64,000 nucleotides of DNA from Eledone cirrhosa (GCA_964016885.1 OZ024763.1:25172001-25236000), one strand, 5' to 3'. Positions 31,060 to 46,457 are shown, counted from the first letter of the stretch. Numbers and translations are program-made. The notes: generated by a model from the sequence alone, not told the origin.

Positions 31060-31277
31060 TTATATATTTCGTTTCTGAATTTGTTTAGCAAGATTCTTTA
31101 TCTGAAAACGTGTGTTGAAACCGATATTGTTATACTTTGGGAGGGTCATGTTGCCAATAAGAAACACACGCACCAGATGCTTTCACTTCAATTTATTGTA
31201 ATATATTTATAAATTTAGGAATTTATAAATTTCCGGTTAGTTGGTTGGTTCCACAACCAGATGGTTGTTTATATATT

Positions 31278-31320
31278 GTCAAAGTTCTTTCGTCACACAT
31301 TCTGTGACCTCTTCAGTGAC
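31278..31320 (-). ncRNA. Hammerhead ribozyme, family F variant (CUU cleavage triplet)
   Basis: GUCA CUGAAGA G GUCACA..UGUGAC GAAAGAACUU UGAC. Confidence 0.55.
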
Positions 31321-31389
31321 TGGGGATTCTTTTCTTTGTTTTTGTGCCTCTCCTTTGTTCTGTCCTACGCCATTTTATTTCTGTGTGTG

Positions 31390-31440
<51 letters not shown>

Positions 31441-31579
31441 AAAGTTCTATTTAAATTGTTGGGATACAACAAGCAAATATTTTTATAACTGATATAAAGC
31501 ACTCAACAAGTATTTGGAGTAAACATACGATATTAAAACTATATTTATAAAATGGAAACTATATTTATAAAACCATGTT

Positions 31580-31644
31580 TATTTCATTATACATATTTCA
31601 AGGACACCAAGTTAAATTATGGTGTGCTTTCATCAGACAAAATA
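31580..31644 (-). ncRNA. Type I hammerhead ribozyme (family D)
   Basis: Same motif as 12901-12965. Confidence 0.72.
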
Positions 31645-31716
31645 TAATATAGATCAGTTTTATAAATAAATATTGACATACCCTTAAAAAATGCAACACT
31701 TACTGTTGGAAGCTCC

Positions 31717-31788
<72 letters not shown>

Positions 31789-31919
31789 TACATATATATA
31801 TATACATGTATATATATATATAAATATACATGTATATATATATATATATATATACATGTTTATATGTGTATATATATATAAATACATGTTTATATGTATA
31901 TATATATATAAATACATGT

Positions 31920-31957
<38 letters not shown>

Positions 31958-32169
31958 GTTTATATGTATATATATATATACATGTTTATATGTATATATA
32001 TATATATATACATGTTTATATGTATATATATATGTATATATACATGTTTATATGTATATATATATGTATATATACATCTATATATATATGTATATATACA
32101 AGTATATATGTATGTATATATATATATATGTTTTTTATATATATGTATATGTATATATTTATGTATATA

Positions 32170-32803
32170 TAAAAACAAATAACGAAACGAGATTAAATTT
32201 CGTTTCGTTTGTAACTCACTTTTGTATGACTGACGCTTAAACAATTAAGTTAAAAATGTACATCCACATATGTATACTGAAATACTAGTATGCATATGAA
32301 TACACACACGTATACATATGTAGATGTACCAAGTTTTTCACTGGTCACTTTACTGTGAGTGTCCAGCCATTCTGTATGTAAACACAGACAAACCGGTTTT
32401 TAGAGTCATACTGGTTTTTGAGGAAACACCTTTCCTCTATTCTCCAGAAAGCCAGACAAGGAATATTGAACTAGTTTCGTTGTTGTTACAACTCATCAGC
32501 AATATTTACCTATCTCCCGGCCTTTCTGGAGAATTGTAAAAGCACATATCGTTATATGCTTTTTCTATGAAAATTAGTAGTGGGCAGACTAATTTGCATA
32601 GAGTGTGAGTACGTACCGGTTCAACGGAGACGATAAAAACAAATAACGAAACGAGATTAAATTTCGTTTCGTTTGTAACTCACTTTTGTATGACTGACGC
32701 TTAAACAATCGTCTCCGTTGAACCGGTACGTACTCACACTCTATGCAAATTAGTCTGCCCACTACTAATTTTACATATGTGGATGTACATTTTTAACTTA
32801 ATT
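32170..32803. mobile_element. Copy of the 467-bp hammerhead repeat (family B): one unit, partial direct repeat, short inversions; a further fragment lies at 36911-36975
   Basis: High identity to 59358-59824; 32636-32710 repeats the unit start; 32709-32803 inverted. Confidence 0.85.
32462..32506 (-). ncRNA. Type I hammerhead ribozyme (family B)
   Basis: AAUAUUG CUGAUGA GUUGU-AACA-ACAAC GAAACUAGUU CAAUAUU. Confidence 0.82.
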
Positions 32804-32823
32804 ATGTATATATATATATGTAC

Positions 32824-32894
<71 letters not shown>

Positions 32895-32969
32895 CATACA
32901 CTCACACGCATACATATATACACTCACACACATATATTTGTTTTCGTATCAGAAGTTTCCACCTTTACA

Positions 32970-33042
32970 AACAACTACTACTACTACCACAACATTATCC
33001 AACATAACTACTACTACTACTACCACAACATCATCCAACATA

Positions 33043-33080
<38 letters not shown>

Positions 33081-33420
33081 CACAACATCATCCAACATAA
33101 CTACAACTACTACTACTACTACTACTACCACAACATCATCCAACATAACTACAACAACTACTACTACTACTACCACAACATCATCCAACATAACTACAAC
33201 TACTACTACTACTACTACCACAACATCATCCAACATAACTACAACTACTACTACTACTACTACCACAACATCATCCAACATAATTACTACTACTACTACC
33301 ATAACATCATCCAACATAACTACAACTACTACTACTACTACTACTACCACAACATCATCCAACATAACTACAACTACTACTACTACTTCTACTACCACAA
33401 CATCATCCAACATAACTACA

Positions 33421-33461
<41 letters not shown>

Positions 33462-34060
33462 CACAACATCATCCAACATAACTACAACTACTACTACTAC
33501 CACAACATCATCCAACATAACTACAACTACTACTACTACTACTGCCACAACATCATCCAACATAACTACAACTACTACTACTACTACTACTACCACAACA
33601 TCATCCAACATAACTACAACTACTACTACTACTACTGCCACAACATCATCCAACATAACTACAACTACTACTACTACTACCACAACATCATCCAACATAA
33701 CTACAACTACTACTACTACAACTACCACAACATCATCCAACATAACTACAACTACTACTACTACAACTACCACAACATCATCCAACATAACTACAACAAC
33801 TACTACTACCACAACATCATCCAACATAACTACAACAACAACAACTACTACTACCACAACATCATCCAACATAACTACAACTACTACTACTACAACTACC
33901 ACAACATCCAACATAACTACAACTACTACTACTACTACTACCACAACATCATCCAACATAACAACTACTACTACCACCACCACAACATCATCCAACATAA
34001 CTACAACTACTACTACTACTACCACAACATCATCCAACATAACTACAACAACTACTACCA
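32970..34060 (+). repeat. Minisatellite accacaacatcatccaacata(act)n, ~25 units, all in one frame (SSNIT...T)
   Basis: Direct reading; lies inside ORF 32818-34479. Confidence 0.9.
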
Positions 34061-34812
34061 CAACAACAACAACTACTAATAGCACCACAATAATAACCAT
34101 CATAGCAACAACTACCACCACCACCACCACAATAACAACCATAACAACTACGACTAGAACTACTACCACCACGACAACAACAACTACCACCACCACAACC
34201 AACACAACAACTACAAATGCCACCACAATAACAACAATCACCGTAACAGCAACTACTACTACCACCACCACTACCACAATAAAAACCATAACAACAACGA
34301 CTAGAACTACCACCGCCACCACCACCACCACCACAACAACAATAACAACACAGCAATATATCTACCATTTCCTTCTTAGTGTTACAGGAGACATTAAAAG
34401 TAAGGTGTTTTTGAGGTTATTATTTCAAGACACTATATCATGGATATTATTTTCCTCAGCTGACATTCAGCCATGTTAAGTAACACCATTTTTATCAATA
34501 TATTCCATATATATATGTGTGTATGTGTGTGTGTGTGCGCGTGTATATATATATTATATATACATACATACATACATATACACATGTACAGATACAAAGC
34601 ATATACACATGCACATATACAACTCAAAACATACACATCCACACATACAATAACATCCATATCTACACATGCATGCATACATACATATCTACCTAGTTGA
34701 TGTTGTGTGTAAATTTCAATGAAAGAGTCTTGTGTCTATGTTAGAAACCGACTCTCTCTCTATTGGTAAAGATTTGTGAAATTATAAAACCAGAAGAACA
34801 TACATACATACA

Positions 34813-34844
<32 letters not shown>

Positions 34845-34898
34845 GCTAGCTATCCATCTATCTGTATCTATCTATCTCTATATTTCTCTCTCTGTTTC

Positions 34899-34931
<33 letters not shown>

Positions 34932-34948
34932 TTATGTGTGTGTGTATG

Positions 34949-34981
<33 letters not shown>

Positions 34982-35123
34982 ATGTAAGTGTACGTGTGTG
35001 TATATACAGTTATCTATCTATCTATATATATATATATACATCAATCTTTTATCTATCTCTCCATTTCTCTCACACACACACACACACACACACCCCTTTG
35101 TCTTCTTCTCTCTCGCTCTCTCC

Positions 35124-35179
<56 letters not shown>

Positions 35180-35936
35180 CTTTATAGCTATCTAACGATA
35201 TGTATATATTCACACATAGTGACACAAAATAGCATTATTCTTGTGTATTGACCTTGACTTCTAACCATCCAATCACCAACCATCTATTATATATATACAC
35301 TTCCGGTTTTGGAGGAACGGTGAAGGTTATGGGTACAACTACAACCTTTTTGCCTGAACAATATGTTTTAAAATCTATCTACCTACCTATCTATGTATAT
35401 ATATACATACTTAGATACATACATAACATACATGTTTACACATACACACATACATAGATATATACACACGTACATACATACAGACATACATATATACATA
35501 CATACATACATACATACATATGTACATAGTTTCAAGAACCAAATATAATTAGAGTAAAAAAAGGTGAGCTTTTAAGCTCTCAGTGACAGGAAAGTTGGTC
35601 TCACGTTGTTCCATTAGAAAACTAGGAGATATTTCAAAATGGCGTCCAATATCGTTTGTCGTTCTATCATATTAAAACACCTTTACTGACCTCCTTCGCG
35701 CGTTTTCTTTCTCTCAATCTTTCTCTATCTCTTTCTTTCTCTATCTCTTTCTCTTTCACTATCTCTTTCTCTATCTCTTTCTCTCTCTCTATCTCTATCT
35801 CTTTCTTTCTTTCTCCCTCTTTCTCTATCTCTGTCTTTTTCTCTATCTCTCTCTCTCTCTTTCTCTATCTCTATCTCTTTCTCTTTTTCTCTATCTCTTT
35901 CTCTATCTATATCGCTTTCTCTCTCTCTCTCTCTCT

Positions 35937-35998
<62 letters not shown>

Positions 35999-36254
35999 TT
36001 CTCTATCACTATCGCTTTCTTTCTCCCTCTCTCTCTCCTCTCTCTCTCTCTTTCTCGCTCTCTCTCTTTCTCGCTCTCTCACTATTTCTCTCTCTCTCTC
36101 TCTCTTTCTCTTCTTTCTTTCTGTCTTTTTCTTTGTTCATATGTTTTTTATTTTATATATTTGTTGGTAAATTCTGGTTTTTTTTTAGTAATTCTTTTCC
36201 TTCTTTTTTCCGCCTTTCTTTGTCTCTCTTTTTTTATATATGTATGCATGTATG

Positions 36255-36297
<43 letters not shown>

Positions 36298-36384
36298 ATG
36301 TATGTATGTATATATATATATATATATGTATGTATATATATATGTATATATATATATGTATGTATATATGTATATGCATGTATG

Positions 36385-36419
<35 letters not shown>

Positions 36420-36543
36420 GTATGTTTGCATGTATATATATGTATTATATGTATATATGTATATATATGTATATATGTATATATATATGTATATGTATGT
36501 ATATATATGTATATATATATGTATATATATGTATATATGTATA

Positions 36544-36598
<55 letters not shown>

Positions 36599-36599
36599 C

Positions 36600-36668
<69 letters not shown>

Positions 36669-36673
36669 GTATG

Positions 36674-36711
<38 letters not shown>

Positions 36712-36763
36712 TATATGTGTATGTATATATATATATATATATGTATATATATACATAGATATA

Positions 36764-36808
<45 letters not shown>

Positions 36809-36845
36809 GTATATATATATGTATATATATATACATATGTATATA

Positions 36846-36910
<65 letters not shown>

Positions 36911-36973
36911 GTCAGTCATACAAAAGTGAGTTACAAACGAAACGAAATTTAATTTCGTTTCGTTATTTGTTTT

Positions 36974-37026
<53 letters not shown>

Positions 37027-37077
37027 GTATGTATGTATATATATATATGTATGTATTTATATATATATATATGTATG

Positions 37078-37111
<34 letters not shown>

Positions 37112-37335
37112 TATATGTATTTCGTTTCTGAATTTGTTTAGCAAGATTCTTTATCTGAAATCGTGTGTTGAAACCGATATTGTTATACTTTGGGAGGGTC
37201 ATGTTGCCAATAAGAAACACACGCACCAGTTGCTTTCACTTCAATTTAATTTATTATATATTTATAAATTTACAAATTTATAAATTTCTGGTTGGTTGGT
37301 TGGTTCCACAACCAGATAGTTGTTTATATATATAT

Positions 37336-37380
37336 AGTCATAGTTCTTTCGTCACACACTCTGTGACCTCTTCAGTGACT
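37336..37380 (-). ncRNA. Minimal type I hammerhead ribozyme (family F)
   Basis: AGUCA CUGAAGA G GUCACA-GAGUG-UGUGAC GAAAG AA CUA UGACU. Confidence 0.72.
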
Positions 37381-37677
37381 GGGGATTTCTTTCTTCGTTT
37401 CTGTGCCTTTCCTTTCTTCTATCCTACGCCATTTTGTTTGTGTGTGGGTTGCGTGCTCAGTTTGCGCATGCGCCACATCCGGGTGTCTGTGTGTGTTTGT
37501 GTTCATTTTTCTATTTTTCTATTTATATTTGTTTGTTTATTTATTTATTTATTGTTGGTTGGTTGTTTGTTCTATGTGTGTGTGTGTTTTCATTTTGTCT
37601 TGTGTGTGTTTTCATTTTGTGTGTGTTTTCAATTGTAAGTTGTTTGTTCTATGTGTGTGTGTGTTTTCATTTTGTCC

Positions 37678-37797
37678 TTAATTGTAAGTTGTGATGTTGC
37701 TGTTCCACTCATATTTTCTATTTAATTTTGGTTTTAATTCTTTTATGCTTACTGCCTCTGTAATTTGCCTAAACATTGCGTCTTTCTTGTGTGTGGA
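37678..37797 (-). pseudogene. C-terminal fragment of a PLE GIY-YIG endonuclease
   Basis: [29 protein letters not shown] matches the R..EA..I....P.LN end motif of PLE GIY-YIG domains. Confidence 0.65.
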
Positions 37798-37896
37798 TTG
37801 AAGTGAAAGCAACTGGTGCGTGTGTTTCTTATTGGCAACATGACCCTCCCAAAGTATAACAATATATATATGTATATATATATATATATATGTATG

Positions 37897-37994
<98 letters not shown>

Positions 37995-38060
37995 TGTATA
38001 TATATGTATGTATATATATATATATATATATGTATGTATATATATATATATATATGTATG

Positions 38061-38152
<92 letters not shown>

Positions 38153-38196
38153 TGTATGTATATATATATATATATGTATATATATATGTATGTATG

Positions 38197-38227
<31 letters not shown>

Positions 38228-38344
38228 GTATGTATGTATATATATATATATATGTATATATATATGTATGTATGTATATATATATATATGTATATATATA
38301 TATGTATGTATATATATATATATGTATATATATATGTATGTATG

Positions 38345-38375
<31 letters not shown>

Positions 38376-38480
38376 GTATGTATGTATATATATATATGTA
38401 TATATATATGTATGTATGTATATATATATATATGTATATATATATGTATGTATGTATATATATATATATATATATGTATG

Positions 38481-38515
<35 letters not shown>

Positions 38516-38544
38516 GTATGTATATATATATGTATATATATATG

Positions 38545-38597
<53 letters not shown>

Positions 38598-38714
38598 GTA
38601 TGTATATATATATATATATGTATATATATATGTATGTATATATATATATATGTATGTATATATGTATATATATGTATGTATATATATGTATGTACATATG
38701 TATGTATATATATG

Positions 38715-38746
<32 letters not shown>

Positions 38747-38758
38747 TATATATGTATG

Positions 38759-38816
<58 letters not shown>

Positions 38817-38838
38817 TATATGTATATATGTATATATG

Positions 38839-38896
<58 letters not shown>

Positions 38897-38898
38897 TG

Positions 38899-38965
<67 letters not shown>

Positions 38966-39212
38966 ACGTATGAAGGTATAGGGTGTCTGTTTTTTTCTTC
39001 ACTTTGATTCTATTTTTGACTGGCCACCTTCCCGGCGGCAAGGTTGTTAAAAAATGTGGAACAACAAAGGTTGTTAAAAAATGTCCCTTGTGTAATCCTT
39101 CATCTTTTGCAACGTAAGAATTTGTTAGAGATTTTAAAAGTTCAAGATATCGCAGGAATTTGTAGTTTACTAATTAAAGAGCTGCATATAGTTGTGTGTG
39201 GGCGTATATGTA

Positions 39213-40207
39213 TCATTATCTATAAAAGGCAGATTGCTACTGTTGTGTGCGTGTGTGTGTGCATGTTCCATGTTTATACACTTCCACAATTTCAAACCGA
39301 GTCGACTCAACGTCTGTAAGAATGTTGTAAATGGACTAACTTAAGTCAACGACTCTTTATTTCATTCAAACTCACCCACAATCACGGAGATATTCGATAA
39401 AACTAAATACATGACGCTTTACACCTCTAATACAATCTGATAACCTCTCTCTACTCCCCTTAAAATTCGATAAAACTACATACATACTGCTCTTTCTCTT
39501 ATATACGATTAAACTTACAAACTTTATGAGAGAGAGAGAACGTTTGTTTTTGAGTGTGGAACGGTCAAACATTTATTTACTTCAATGACAAAGAGAACTT
39601 ATTACATTTCATACGAAACAACAATTATTCAAAAGCAACAGATAATTTATTCAACAACAAAATAAATAGCGATAAATCTTTTTTAAAACATCTATCAACG
39701 AAAGTGGGAGAAAGAAGTATCAGTTCATTTCCTATACACAATAATATCTACTATGAGGTCACTAAACCTGCTAGAAACAGCAGCTAACTCTCCCCCATAT
39801 CACACCCCTCCCTACTGTCTTAAATTTAGAAAACATATCCTCTACGAGGTCACTAAACCTGCTAGAAACAGCAGCTGACTCGCCCCCATATCACACCCTT
39901 CCCTACTGTTGAAATTTAGAAAACACACATTAGACAACCATGCAGAAAAACTCCATCGCAGCTCTGTTGTTCGGCTGGCATCGTCTACGCGCGTGTTGCG
40001 CAAGTACTGTGAAACAATAAATTAAAGAGATAATATCCATAGGCGAAGCTACAATCGTCACTGCTGGCGCAGCTCCTGCTTCGGCAGTCCAGGTCTGCAA
40101 TTCATTCACCGAGTGCCTGGCAGACAAAAAGGTGCTGCCATAAAATGGGTGGTGCAACCTAACTTTGGTAACTTACTGAACCCGAGCAACGCCGGGCTTT
40201 AATGCTA

Positions 40208-40208
<1 letters not shown>
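39213..40208 (+). mobile_element. Probable non-autonomous Helitron
   Basis: 3' hairpin cccgagcaacgccggg (40181-40196) followed by CTAG|T at 40205-40209; candidate 5' A|TC starts at 39213/39219 (or 38963); internal ~94-bp duplication at 39749-39925. Confidence 0.6.
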
Positions 40209-40245
<37 letters not shown>

Positions 40246-40288
40246 ATGTTCATAAATACATATATATGTATATGCATACACATATACA

Positions 40289-40354
<66 letters not shown>

Positions 40355-40522
40355 TGTATATACTGTGTACATATATGTATATACTGTCTACATATGTGTA
40401 TATACTGTCTACATATGTGTATATACTGTATACATATATATAATGTATATATGTATATATATACTGTACATATATATACTCTATATATATATATATATAT
40501 ATATACTGTATATATAAATATG

Positions 40523-40591
<69 letters not shown>

Positions 40592-40658
40592 TATATGTAA
40601 ATATGTATTTATATATATATCTCTATATAGGTATATATGCATGCACATTTACATATCT

Positions 40659-40724
<66 letters not shown>

Positions 40725-40725
40725 G

Positions 40726-40758
<33 letters not shown>

Positions 40759-40872
40759 AGATACAGCGCCCTACATCATTTGTGATAAATTACAATTTCG
40801 GTGGAAATTACGTGAAGGTTGACAGAACACCTCTGGGTACCTTCACACTCTAATCAAATAGAGACTGTAATT

Positions 40873-40874
40873 AT

Positions 40875-40921
<47 letters not shown>

Positions 40922-41105
40922 GACACACATATATATATATACACACCTACACAGACACACATATATATATATACACACACACACTGACACACATATATAT
41001 ATATACACACACACACCCATACCATACACACATACACACACACATGCCATACACACATACACACACACATATATATATACACACACACACACACATACAT
41101 GCCAT

Positions 41106-41146
<41 letters not shown>

Positions 41147-41471
41147 CCCACGCACACATGTATATATACGCACGCACACATGTATATATACGCACACACA
41201 CACACACACACATGCCATACACACATACACACACGCACACACACACATATATATATACACCCACGCACACACACACACGGATATATACGCACGCACACAC
41301 ATGCCATACACACACATGTATATATATATATATATATATATATACACCCACGCACACACACATATATATACACCCACGTACACACACACAGATACATATA
41401 AATACTCATACATATACATATACATGTATACACACATACACGCCCACACACACACACACACACACATATAC

Positions 41472-41480
<9 letters not shown>
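40873..41480. repeat. (CA)n/(TA)n compound microsatellite
   Basis: Direct reading. Confidence 0.9.
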
Positions 41481-41542
<62 letters not shown>

Positions 41543-41616
41543 ATACTTCTACATAACCATTACAACTACCACCGCTACCACAACCACCTCTATCTCATCT
41601 ATGACTGCCAGTAAAA

Positions 41617-42660
41617 TACTACTACTACTACTGCTACTACTACTACTACTACTATTACCACCACTACTATGATTATCATTACCACCACCTTCACCACCAT
41701 CACCGTTACCATTAACACCACCACTACCACCGCTACCACTACGCCTATCGTTACCATTACCACCATTACCGTTACCATCAACACCACCATTACCGTTACC
41801 ATCAACACCACCACTACCACCACTACTATGATTACCATTGCCACTACTTTCACCACCATCATCACCGCTACCATCAACAAACCACTACCACCACGCCTAT
41901 GATTACCATTACGACCACCACCACCTTCACCACCATCACCGTTACCATTAACACCACCACTACCACCGCTACCACTACGCCTATCGTTACCATTACCACC
42001 ACCACCACCATCACCACCATTACCGTTACCATCAACACCACCACTACCACCACTACTATGATTACCATTGCCACTACTTTCACCACCATCATCACCGCTA
42101 CCATCAACAAACCACTACCACCACGCCTATGATTACCATTACTACCACCACCACCTTCACCACCATCACCGTTACCATCAACACCACTACCACCACTACA
42201 ACCACTACAACCACTACCACCACGCCTATGATTACCATTACCACCACCACCTTCACCACCATCACCGTTAGCATCAACACCACTACCACCACTACCACCA
42301 CTACAACCACTACCACCACGCCTATGATTACCATTACCACCACCACCACCACCTTCACCACCATCACCGTTACCATCAACACCACCATTACCACCACGCC
42401 TATGATGACCGTTACCACTACCTTCACCACCATCATCGTTACCATCAACACCACCACTACCACCACGCCTATGGTTACCATTACCACCACCATCACCGTT
42501 ACCATCAACACCACCACTACCACCACTGCCACCACTATTGTATTACCACCACCAACATTACCATCACCACCACTTCCACCATCACCACCACTACCACTAC
42601 CACTACCATTACCACCACCAACATCACCACCATCACCGCCACTACTACAACCACCACCAA
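41617..42660. repeat. (ACC/ACT)-based minisatellite with a 230-bp higher-order period
   Basis: Blocks starting at 41669, 41899 and 42129 repeat. Confidence 0.85.
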
Positions 42661-42779
42661 CGTAAAGGGATGTCACTATATGCCGTAAATCATATTATCC
42701 GGTGCTCTATCGATTACTGCCAATCCACCGCCCTGGGATAAGTTAATAATAATAATAATTTCTTTTTTATTAAAGCAAT

Positions 42780-43590
42780 AATTCAAATGACGCTGAGATT
42801 AACTTTGCCTTTCATCCTTACGGGGTCGATAAAATAAAGTACCAGTAATATACTGGGTAATTGCTGGCCTTGTGCCAAAAGTAGAAACAATTATTAAATA
42901 CGGTGGATTGGCAGTATCAGTAGAAGGTCGGACGCTATGCTTTCCAGCATAGTTACGTCCCTTTACGGTCTGAGTTCAAATCCAGCCGAGGTTAACTTTG
43001 CCTTTCATCTTTACGGGGGTCGATAAAATAAAGTACCAGTAATACACTGGGTATTTGCTGGCCTTGTGTCTAAAGTATAAACAATTATTATTGTTATTCC
43101 CGCTGTTTATTTTTCCTATTGATGATAACCCCTTTCCTTACGGGGTCGATAAAATAAAGTACCAGTAATGCACTGGGTATTTGCTGGCCTTGTGCCAAAA
43201 GTAGAAACAATTATTATTATTATTCCCGCTGTTTATTTTTCCTATTGATGATAACCCCTTTCCTCAATGTAAAGCCCAAGTCCCTGTGTGGATCCCTGCC
43301 TCGCCTCTCTGATGTTGTGAGGCATTGGAGTTGATTTAATCGACTTTCCCCTCCCCTCTAAATTACTGGCCTTGGCCTATGCTAGAAATCATTATTAGGG
43401 TGGTGGATTGGTAGTATCGGTAGAGGGTCAGACACCATGCTTTGCAACAAAGAGTTACGGCCCTTTATGGTCTGACTTCAAATCCAGCCGAGGTTAACTT
43501 TGCCTTTCATCCTTACGGGGTCGATAAAATAAAGTACCAGTAATACACTGGAATATTTGCTGGCCTTGTGCCAAAAGTAGAAACAATTAT
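42780..43590 (+). mobile_element. Cluster of 4-5 tandem tRNA-derived SINE copies and fragments with a local ~128-bp duplication
   Basis: Repeated ggtggattgg...ttcaaatccagccgaggttaactttgcctttcatc...ggtcgataaaataaagtaccagt. Confidence 0.85.
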
Positions 43591-44085
43591 TATTATCATT
43601 ATCCTCATCATCATCATCATCTCCGAACGTGTTTTCACAATTGTCTTCCCACGTATTAAACCAAACTAGAACAACGTCAACGTTGTCTTGGATGAGACGA
43701 GACACTGAGTTTTAATAATAAAACCTCCGCCAGCAATAAGATAGTTTTTAAGGCTACTTATGGTGTCTCAAGGACTCTAGATGGTTTGCTTTGGTTTGTT
43801 TTGGGCTTGTTTTCGTTGTTTTTATTGTTTTGGGGGTTTTTTTACACTCATCGTTAATACAGGAGGTTGTGTGGCGTGGGGTGAGGTGGAGTGGAGGAGA
43901 GATCTGCAACAAAAAGAGAAAAAAACTCTCGACAACTAAGATGAAATGAGAAAGTGAAGGAAAGTGATTGAATAAAATATGAATTTCTCTGTGTGAATCT
44001 CTCTGCGTGTATATGTCTGGTTAGTGTTATGTGTAACAATATATATATATATAATATACATTGTGTGCGTGTGTATATGTAAATA

Positions 44086-44116
<31 letters not shown>

Positions 44117-44218
44117 GTGTGTGTGTGTATTTATATATGCATATAAACATATATACATATATATGTATATGTATGCATATATATATATATATATATGTAT
44201 GTATATATATATATGTGC

Positions 44219-44329
<111 letters not shown>

Positions 44330-44468
44330 CATATATATATATACATATATATATATGTATGTATATATATATATGTATGTATATATATATATATACATAT
44401 ATATATAAATATGTATATATATGTATATATATATACACATACATACATATATATATATACATATATAT

Positions 44469-44521
<53 letters not shown>

Positions 44522-44793
44522 GAAATGCAAAATGACTCTTTTATTAGTTTACCGTGTTTATGTGTGTGTGTGTGGATATATGTAAGTGCATATGTGTAGC
44601 TGTGTGTGTATCTGTATGTGCGCGTGTGTGTGTCAATGTGTTTGTGTGTATGTTTGGCAAACACAAAATGGCTGGAAGACACCCATGTTTTTTCTATGAA
44701 GCGTTTCATGAAGGTTGATAACAAAATCTGATTATATAGTCTAGTTTTTATATATTTCTGGTGTGTATAACATATAATTGCATACATACATAG

Positions 44794-44893
<100 letters not shown>

Positions 44894-44919
44894 ATGTAAT
44901 AAACAACATAAGACAATTA

Positions 44920-44992
44920 TTCCATTTACCAAAGGTTTCACGAAGACAGACGAGTTCAACGGAGACGTCTGAAATGGCTCATCAGAATGAAA
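44920..44992 (-). ncRNA. Type I hammerhead ribozyme with long stem II (family G)
   Basis: UUCAUU CUGAUGA GC...CAGACG/CGUCUG...GU GAAACC UUU GGUA AAUGGA. Confidence 0.65.
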
Positions 44993-45077
44993 ATTTAATA
45001 CAGCCTACATAGACCACTCTCCTTTCTTTTACCCTTCCTACGGAAATACTTCATATATATATATACTTATATATGTG

Positions 45078-45129
45078 GGCTTTCCTGATGATTTCCTTCG
45101 AATGAAACAGTTCTAGTCCTGTAGAAGCC
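45078..45129 (+). ncRNA. Type I hammerhead ribozyme (family C variant)
   Basis: GGCUUUC CUGAUGA UUUC-CUUC-GAAU GAAACAGUUCUAGUCCUGUA GAAGCC; stem I co-varies relative to 30003. Confidence 0.78.
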
Positions 45130-45291
45130 AATTTTAAATTAAATTTTGTATACACTCTATTAATGTATTGAGTACCTTACTTAGTGTGGCTACCTCCGAT
45201 TGAACCTGGGACTCACACACACAATCTATATTAAAACTCTACTGTTGTATTATTGAGAACTCTTTTCTCTCTGTCGTCAATCACATACGGA

Positions 45292-45354
<63 letters not shown>

Positions 45355-45490
45355 AGATCAAAAGATGGTTAAATGTGTGCATGAATGTATATATATATAC
45401 ATACTACTATACGTCTGTATACATATATGTATGTACGTGTACATACTTATATATAAATATATATATATATTTATATATATATATATAAAT

Positions 45491-45876
<386 letters not shown>

Positions 45877-45973
45877 GTATATATATATATATAGTTGTTG
45901 TAGGGTTGCAGGTAAATGAGTCAGTAGGCGGTATGCTGGTTAAACACTCGAAGCTCGCGCAGAATATCATATT

Positions 45974-46065
45974 ATATATCTGAAGAGCCTTCGAATGCAG
46001 AGTCGGGTTCGATCTGTAACAGATCTTGCCTCGAGCTGTTCGACGTAGAAACATATGTAATATGT
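45974..46065 (+). ncRNA. Type I hammerhead ribozyme with ~60-nt stem II (family H)
   Basis: AUAUAU CUGAAGA, UCGAA/UUCGA and GAUCUG-UAA-CAGAUC stem II, GAAACAUAUGUA AUAUGU. Confidence 0.6.
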
Positions 46066-46104
46066 TAATAAATGAGACATGATGCGACACTGATTCCACG
46101 TTCT

Positions 46105-46175
<71 letters not shown>

Positions 46176-46190
46176 ATATATATATATGTG

Positions 46191-46297
<107 letters not shown>

Positions 46298-46457
46298 CAA
46301 TATATTGTAGTATACTTGGTATTTTGCATTGAGCTATTTTCATACAATCATACTTGTAATTGGATAATATTTATTATTACCAACATTATATATATATATA
46401 GATAGCATTATATATATATATATATATAATGCTGTATATATATATATATATATAATG

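Larger units (their letters stand above)
37118..37864 (-). mobile_element. 5'-truncated Penelope-like element: GIY-YIG C-terminus, 3' region with hammerhead, inverted terminal duplication
   Basis: 37797-37864 is the reverse complement of 37178-37245; coding fragment and hammerhead are on the same strand. Confidence 0.75.

Noticed and set aside
35298-35355. Possible small minus-strand exon (KKVVVVPITFTVPPKPE)
   Set aside because: Weak splice signals and no partner exons identified
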